DNA of 64,000 nucleotides from an uncultured delta proteobacterium (GTDB taxonomy: Bacteria; Desulfobacterota; Syntrophia; Syntrophales; UBA2185): positions 64,001 to 128,000 of the forward strand of contig CAVOID010000008.1 of the NCBI GenBank assembly GCA_963695875.1, written 5' to 3'. Of this stretch, positions 57,654 through 64,000 are shown in pieces. The notes beneath the pieces were generated by a model that saw only the letters and a list, made by a program, of their open reading frames with translations, did not search any database and was not told the origin of the DNA. Made by a program: the position numbers and the translations under genes. Position 1 is the stretch's first letter. Each line of letters opens with the position of its first letter.

Positions 57654-59558
57654 TCAAATATTTTGTTGTGCAGATAAATCTGATTGTGTCTCAAGGCGTT
57701 CAGATAAAGGAAGTGTAAGATGATACACTCCATATTCCACAACTGCCTGAATCGGGTAGCGGGATTTTTCATAAACTTTAAGCATACCCTTGTTATCAGC
57801 AAGGACATCGGCTGTAAAACCTTTAATTCCTTGTTCTCGTGCAAAAGTAATAAGCGTGTTGAGGATAAAAGTTGCGATGCCCGTTCCCTGATATTTTTCA
57901 TCAACTACGAAGGCGGTGTCAGCAAAGGGGCGGTCCTTCATGAGAACATAACGCCCCTCGGCAATAATGCGCTCAATCCCTCCTTCCTCAATAAGTCCCA
58001 CAATCGACATGCTACATCTGTAATCTACATTCACGTACTCCTGCATTTTGGCATGGGGCATGACCTTTATTGGAGTAAAATAGCGGTAAAATACCGCTTT
58101 ATCGGAGAATCTGTAAAATAACTTTCGCATCTCCTCTTCATCAGACGGCTTAATTGCCCGGAAATAGACAGTAAGTCCGTCCTTGAATGTGTGGGTGCAA
58201 GCAATCTTGTCCGGATATAAGCGTCCCGATTCTTCCAAATATATCTGATCGAAGTACAGTATATTTGCCACTTTTGCTTTTCGGACAAGTTCAGCCCGGT
58301 CGTCAGGATGAGCGACTTCGATCAGTGCCTGGGCCCGTTCACGGACTGTTCTACCCATCATGAAGGCAATACCATATTCGGTGATTATCATATCTAATGA
58401 TTCACGATTTGTGAACTGATTGGGGAAATCATCTACAGAGAGCAGTATATTAGACTCTCCCTGAAGATTTCTGCTTGGCAGGGCGAATATTGTCCTTCCG
58501 CCATGCGAGTGTTCAACTCCAGCAAAGAATTCCTGGGTCTGGCCCGGTCCCGGTGTTACATTACCTTTACCGGTGGGGAGAGCAATACCTCCCGTGATGT
58601 CAACTTTCCGGGCAGGCATAATGGCTATCATCTTATCGTTCATGCTAATCCTCATATGGTCAGAAACAACATCGATCCCCTGAAACTCAATGAGCGGATT
58701 TCGATGCAGCCATTTCATAAGTTCTTCCGTTCCCTGAGCATAGGCAGTCAGAGATTTGTCCTGGAAATGTCCCTTCTTTCTGTTGGTGACAGCACCGCAT
58801 TTAACCAGGTCCATTAGGGGATCGGTGAAAAAAATGGTGTGAACGCCAAGGTTGCGTTTATGGACAAGGTGCTTTCCCAGTGCTTCAAACAATGCGCCGG
58901 AATAAAATGAGATACAGCTACCGTCTTCTACAACGGAAGCTACATTTCCAGCTACCTTGTCAGTAACATCATCATAAGGCCATCGTGGGAAATAAATGAG
59001 CGGTTCTGTTGCGTTAACCATAAAATCGAAATCATTAACGTGAACGAATGTGTTACCCAAAGTGCAAGGGACCTTATCGTTAATTTCACCAACAACGATG
59101 GATGCACAATTCATTACATGTTTTGCTACGTCCACTGAGACACCCAGGCTGGAATAGCCTCTAACATCAGGTGGCGTGATCTGAATGAAAGCGACATCGA
59201 CATGGATTGCCCCAGATTCGAAAAGTTTCGGGATTTGTGAAAAACGGCATGGTATCATATCAACGGACCCTGCCATTATCGCTTTGCTAGCTGTCCATCC
59301 TGCAAAAAATGTTTTTAACCTGTATTTCTTGGCTGTTGCTGTACTGCTGAATGCTAGCGCATTCCCGAGGCTTACTATCTGAATCAGTTCCAGATCTGTA
59401 AGGTTTGAAAGAGCAGACGATGTCAGATGCTTCACAAGTGTCCTCGGTTCTGCTACTCCTGTACCGAGGAAGATACTCATCCCCGGCTTGATCTTCCTCA
59501 ACACTTCATCAGGTAAGATTATCTTTTCATCCCATTTCAAAGTATAATCATCGATCAT
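57654..59558 (-). CDS. Acetyl-CoA hydrolase/CoA-transferase-GNAT fusion, copy B (degenerate active site)
   Basis: GVAEP, SLGVSVD, IITEYG, AHPDDR; GNAT ADTAFVVDEKYQGTGIA; LGVHTI instead of HTE. Confidence 0.88.
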   Translation of the reverse strand: MIDDYTLKWDEKIILPDEVLRKIKPGMSIFLGTGVAEPRTLVKHLTSSALSNLTDLELIQIVSLGNALAFSSTATAKKYRLKTFFAGWTASKAIMAGSVDMIPCRFSQIPKLFESGAIHVDVAFIQITPPDVRGYSSLGVSVDVAKHVMNCASIVVGEINDKVPCTLGNTFVHVNDFDFMVNATEPLIYFPRWPYDDVTDKVAGNVASVVEDGSCISFYSGALFEALGKHLVHKRNLGVHTIFFTDPLMDLVKCGAVTNRKKGHFQDKSLTAYAQGTEELMKWLHRNPLIEFQGIDVVSDHMRISMNDKMIAIMPARKVDITGGIALPTGKGNVTPGPGQTQEFFAGVEHSHGGRTIFALPSRNLQGESNILLSVDDFPNQFTNRESLDMIITEYGIAFMMGRTVRERAQALIEVAHPDDRAELVRKAKVANILYFDQIYLEESGRLYPDKIACTHTFKDGLTVYFRAIKPSDEEEMRKLFYRFSDKAVFYRYFTPIKVMPHAKMQEYVNVDYRCSMSIVGLIEEGGIERIIAEGRYVLMKDRPFADTAFVVDEKYQGTGIATFILNTLITFAREQGIKGFTADVLADNKGMLKVYEKSRYPIQAVVEYGVYHLTLPLSERLETQSDLSAQQNI

Positions 59559-59704
59559 ATATATATTTTTTTCTCCTTTTCACTGGTCATACGAATGCTT
59601 TGCTCAAGAAACGGCTGAAAATTTGCTGTATCATTGCTCAAGTGCAAATTATCTAGTTAAGAAATACAAAATCGTGAGTTATATGCCAATCGTGGCTATT
59701 TTAA

Positions 59705-60289
59705 TCATAATTTAAATTTTCCTTCTATGACAATTTCCGAGAGAGTCTTTCTTGGCGAAGGGAATTCTCTTTCTCGAAGGTTGTCTGGAAGATCAGCTTT
59801 TTCACCTGGCATACCGACAGCGATCATCGCCTCCACCTGAAAGAGATCAGGGATATTAAGGACATTCTTTGCTTTGTCATAGTCAAAACCCTGCATACCA
59901 TGGACCACCAATCCTTTCAAAGAACCTTGAAGGGCAAGATTCTCCCAGGCTGCACCGGTGTCGTATGAATGAGTCCGCGCAGGTTTTTCATTATAGTCAA
60001 ACGTCCTTTTAGATATAACAACAATCAATACGGCGGCATTCCTCGCCCAGACTTTATTTTGTTCTGTCATGAGATCGAAAAATACAGGCCAGTAATCTGT
60101 ATTTCTGCGGGCATAAAGAAATCGCCAGGGCTGGTTGTTACCTGATGACGGAGCCCATCGGGCTGCTTCGAAGAGTGAATATAAGACCTCTTCGCTGATC
60201 TCATCATCAGACATGCTTCTCGGTGACCACCGGTCTAAGAATAAGTGATCCACCATGTATTCCGGTTTTCTAAATTTATAAATACTCAT
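59705..60289 (-). CDS. Nitroreductase-family protein
   Basis: RWSPR, AARWAPSSGNNQPWRF, YDTGAA, HGMQGFD. Confidence 0.93.
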   Translation of the reverse strand: MSIYKFRKPEYMVDHLFLDRWSPRSMSDDEISEEVLYSLFEAARWAPSSGNNQPWRFLYARRNTDYWPVFFDLMTEQNKVWARNAAVLIVVISKRTFDYNEKPARTHSYDTGAAWENLALQGSLKGLVVHGMQGFDYDKAKNVLNIPDLFQVEAMIAVGMPGEKADLPDNLREREFPSPRKTLSEIVIEGKFKL

Positions 60290-60552
60290 TTTACTCTCCT
60301 TGTAGAAATTAAAAATAAATTCAATATCCAGAAGAATTATAGTTGAGTTCCCTGATAAAGTGGCACATACAGTGGACATGTTCCTAAACCGTACCATAAT
60401 CTTGGTAGTTAGGTTTTTAAGAATTTATTATACGGTATATATTATAATATAAACAGCTTTTTTGATTTCTTTTTCTATTGTTTTGTTTTATATTTCCGGT
60501 GGATTGATGATTGATTCAATAAGTATAATGCCGATATTATAGGAGGGGAAGA

Positions 60553-61845
60553 TTGATTCCGAGATACTCAAGAGAAAAGATGAGTGCCATATGGAGCCCT
60601 GAAAACAGATATCAGAAATGGCTTGATATTGAGATCTTAGCATGTGAAGCCATGACAAAAAAGGGTGAAATTACTGAAAAATCTCTAAAAAATATCAAAA
60701 AAAAGGCTGCATTCGATGTAGTAAGAATTGAAGAGCTAGAAAAGATCACAAAACATGATGTTATCGCTTTTTTGACTTCCGTGACGGAGAAGGTAGGTGA
60801 GGATGGTAGATTTATTCACATGGGTCTTACCTCATCGGATATTCTGGACACATCACTCGCTGTTCTTCTCAAAGAAGCGTCGGATATTCTAATAGATGAT
60901 TTGAATCAGCTTCTCTCAGTCCTGAAGAATAAGGCATTAAGGTATAGGGATACCTTGATGATAGGGAGGTCCCATGGGATTCACGCTGAACCCATAACAT
61001 TCGGTTTGAAGATGGCCCTGTGGTACCAGGAAATGGAGAGAAATCTTACACGAATGCTCCGTGCGAAAGAAACGATTAGCTGCGGGAAGATTTCTGGGGC
61101 TGTTGGCACATTCTCCTTCATCGATCCATCCATTGAAGAATATGTTTGTCGCAAGTTGGGTCTTAAACCGGCACCTGTATCTTCCCAGATTATCCAGAGG
61201 GACCGGCATGCGGAATTTTTTACTACCCTGGCCATTATTGCGTCTTCCATTGACAAATTTTCCCAGGAGATCAGGTTGCTTCAGAGAACAGAGGTCAGGG
61301 AGGCAGAAGAATACTTCACACTCGGACAGAAAGGATCATCTGCCATGCCCCACAAACGAAATCCCGTTTTGTCAGAAAATCTATCCGGCCTTGCGCGATT
61401 GATGAGGTCATATGCCCTGGCTGCTCTGGAAGACATAGCCCTCTGGCATGAGCGGGATATCAGCCACTCATCCGTGGAAAGAGTAATTGCCCCCGATGCG
61501 ACAATCCTCCTTGATTTCATGTTGTGCAGATTTACTGACCTGGCAGATAAACTTATAGTATATCCGGACAGGATGCTTGCCAATCTTGATATGACGAAAG
61601 GGGCAATCTTTTCCCAGATGGTGCTGTTGAAACTTATAGAAAAAGGAATGTCCAGGGAAAATGCGTATATCGTCGTTCAGAGAAATGCAATGAAATCATG
61701 GCAGGAGGATATCGATTTTAAAAAATTGCTTTTGGAAGACAGTGAGGTGATGGCCTGCCTGAACCAAAATGACATTGATGCCATATTCAGAATCGAGAAT
61801 TTCCTGAAGCATACAGACTTTATTTTTAAAAGGGTTTTTGGTTAA
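60553..61845 (+). CDS. purB: Adenylosuccinate lyase
   Basis: IPRYS, HDVIAF, GRSHGIHAEP, GSSAMPHKRNP, HERDISHSS. Confidence 0.98.
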   Translation: MIPRYSREKMSAIWSPENRYQKWLDIEILACEAMTKKGEITEKSLKNIKKKAAFDVVRIEELEKITKHDVIAFLTSVTEKVGEDGRFIHMGLTSSDILDTSLAVLLKEASDILIDDLNQLLSVLKNKALRYRDTLMIGRSHGIHAEPITFGLKMALWYQEMERNLTRMLRAKETISCGKISGAVGTFSFIDPSIEEYVCRKLGLKPAPVSSQIIQRDRHAEFFTTLAIIASSIDKFSQEIRLLQRTEVREAEEYFTLGQKGSSAMPHKRNPVLSENLSGLARLMRSYALAALEDIALWHERDISHSSVERVIAPDATILLDFMLCRFTDLADKLIVYPDRMLANLDMTKGAIFSQMVLLKLIEKGMSRENAYIVVQRNAMKSWQEDIDFKKLLLEDSEVMACLNQNDIDAIFRIENFLKHTDFIFKRVFG

Positions 61846-62017
61846 TTCAATGTTACTGGGACTTTTTCAAGGTGAAGACGCAGAAAAGGACTTTTTTGAA
61901 TTAACCATGTGCGAGTGAAACGCGCCGATGGGTCTTTGGTTTAATTTCCCAGGCGTGCTGCGGAACCTGGGTTCAGATCTTGCCCTAGGTTCTTGCTATT
62001 GATTTCTGTTCGAATCA

Positions 62018-63653
62018 TCAACAGGATGTTTCCATACTGAGCGGTAGGTCTCTGGAAATGACCGTATCTTTCAACCAGATCCGGTCGTCTTTTTCCGGAT
62101 AATCGATGTTATAGTGAAGCCCCCTGCTTTCTTTTCTCATTAAGGCGCATTGAATAATCAGTTTTGCCACAGTTGCGATATTCCTCAGTTCAATTAGATC
62201 CCTCGTGATAATAAAATTTCTGTAGTATTCATCGATCTCGCGGCCGATCAGGTCGATCCTACGATATGCACGTTCCAACCTTTTATTTGACCTTACAATA
62301 CCCACATAGTTCCACATAAATCTTCTTATTTCGTCCCAGTTATGGGCTACGACGATGGATTCGTCACTTTCTGTGGCCCCTCTTGGGTCCCATGCGGGGA
62401 TAGTGAGAGGTTCATCTTGTGTTAAATGAAAAATCTCTGATATCTTCACGAAAGACCGGTGGGCAAATACTATGGCTTCTAAAAGCGAGTTGCTCGCGAG
62501 GCGGTTGGCGCCATGGAGTCCCGTACAGGATACCTCACCGCAGGCGTAGAGGTTTTCAATGTCTGTTTCACCGAAATGATCTACTGATACACCTCCACAC
62601 TGGTAATGAGCGGCGGGAACAACGGGAATCGCGTCTTTCGTGATATCTATGCCGAACTCCAAACACCTCCTGTAAATGTTGGGAAATCTATTGACAAGAA
62701 AGTCTCTGTCTTTATGAGTAATGTCCAGCAGAACATATTCATCACCGGATTTTTTCAGTTCCGTGTCAATAGCCTTCGCGACGATGTCCCTCGGCGCAAG
62801 GCTTTTCATCGGATGATATTTTCCCATGAACGTGGACCCATTTTTTAATTTCAGTATTCCTCCTTCTCCTCGGACGGCTTCACTGATGAGATATGATTTT
62901 GCTTCTGGATGGTAGAGGCAGGTTGGATGAAACTGGATAAATTCCATGTTGGCGATGAGAGCTCCTGCCCTGTATGCCATGGCGATACCGTCGCCAGTTG
63001 CAATGTCTGGATTCGTTGTAATAAGATATACCTTTCCGGTGCCGCCGGTAGCCAGGACAGTGAATTTTGACCTGAAAGTATGAATTTCATTGCGTTCGGT
63101 ATCAAGTATATACGCACCGATACATTTATCACCCAAGCCATTTTTTCGACGAATGATTGCAGATTCCATTATGAGATCAATGCCGATGTGGTTTTCATAA
63201 ATCTTGATATTTCTTTTTAGACTTGCTTTTTCGTGGAGGGCACGTTCTATTTCTTGACCAGTGAGGTCTCGCGAATGCAGCACGCGCCTCATGGAGTGCC
63301 CGCCTTCTCGACCGAGGTCGTAGGTGCTGGTATTGGCATTTTTCGCCTTTGTAAATTCAACCCCCCACTGCATTAGTTCCTTGATTCTTTCCGGTCCGTC
63401 CGTTATAACGAATCTTACGACTTCTTCTTTACATAGGCCGACACCGCAAACAAGGGTATCATTGATATGAAATTCAAATCGGTCATTTTTATCAAAAACA
63501 GCTGCTATACCGCCTTGAGCAAGGTTTGTGTTTGAATCGGACTTCTCTTTTTTTGTTACGATGGCCACAGATCCAAGATCTGCCGCCTTGATAGCAAAGC
63601 TTAATCCCGCTATGCCGCTTCCTATTACCAAGAAAGTCAGTTGTATATTCCAT
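62018..63653 (-). CDS. nadB: L-aspartate oxidase; +1 shift in codon 7 (true start MEYTTDFLVIGSG)
   Basis: GSGIAG, AQGGIA, REGGHS, QFHPT, LAPRDIVA, HGANRLASNSLLE, ESRGLH. Confidence 0.95.
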
Positions 63654-63768
63654 GACGGCTTTCCTGCGAACTTTTCTGAGATCATCAAAATTTGTTTACA
63701 AAGATTAACAGCTTCTATATATAATTCTGCGTTAATTGTAAAAAGGAAAATATAACGAGAGCAGGAAG

Positions 63769-64000
63769 ATGTTGATTTTAGGAATTGAGACCTCCTGTGA
63801 TGAAACAGCAGCGGCTGTTGTGCAGGATGGGAAGTTGATTCGTTCTAATATTATTGCGTCCCAGGTCGATCTGCATAGTATTTATGGTGGCGTTGTACCG
63901 GAATTAGCATCACGTAAACATATGGAAATGATCATACCGGTCATATGTCAGGCACTTAATGATGCTAAAGTGACTTTAAACGATATCGAAGGGATAGCGG
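63769..64000 (+). CDS. tsaD: t6A transferase TsaD, 3'-truncated by the window (absent from the ORF track)
   Basis: [18 protein letters not shown]...[13 protein letters not shown]. Confidence 0.95.
   Translation, partial: MLILGIETSCDETAAAVVQDGKLIRSNIIASQVDLHSIYGGVVPELASRKHMEMIIPVICQALNDAKVTLNDIEGIA

Overview
Chromosomal core-genome segment of a bacterium, most likely Desulfobacterota/deltaproteobacterial (Syntrophales-like; inferred from gene content and order, not from a search). It carries about 60 genes: lepA, adk, ligA, a second EF-G, secA, argJ, the rpsB-tsf-pyrH-frr-uppS-cdsA-dxr-rseP-tsaB block, psd-pssA, asd-rsmD-coaD, ispG-proS-rel, rph-rdgB, purB, nadB, partial tsaD, tRNA-Pro(TGG) and tRNA-Met(CAT). 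Many genes, including uppS, rel and nadB, contain single-base indels that look like long-read consensus errors. The most unusual items are: (1) an AT-rich segment after tRNA-Pro encoding a membrane-anchored protein with one near-intact and one degenerate class III cyclase domain, a CCHC zinc knuckle and TPR-like helices, flanked by a small Cys4 protein and an IS3 remnant; (2) an elongated LigA with a duplicated HhH module, closely coupled to a stand-alone SWIM gene followed by an attC-like palindrome; (3) two CoA-transferase-GNAT fusion paralogues, one lacking the catalytic Glu, clustered with a stand-alone Pta-N/DRTGG protein and a Nudix protein with a split Nudix box; (4) an unannotated broken HU gene, a truncated M23 gene and a dispersed intergenic repeat family. 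No CRISPR array, rRNA, prophage or integrase was seen.
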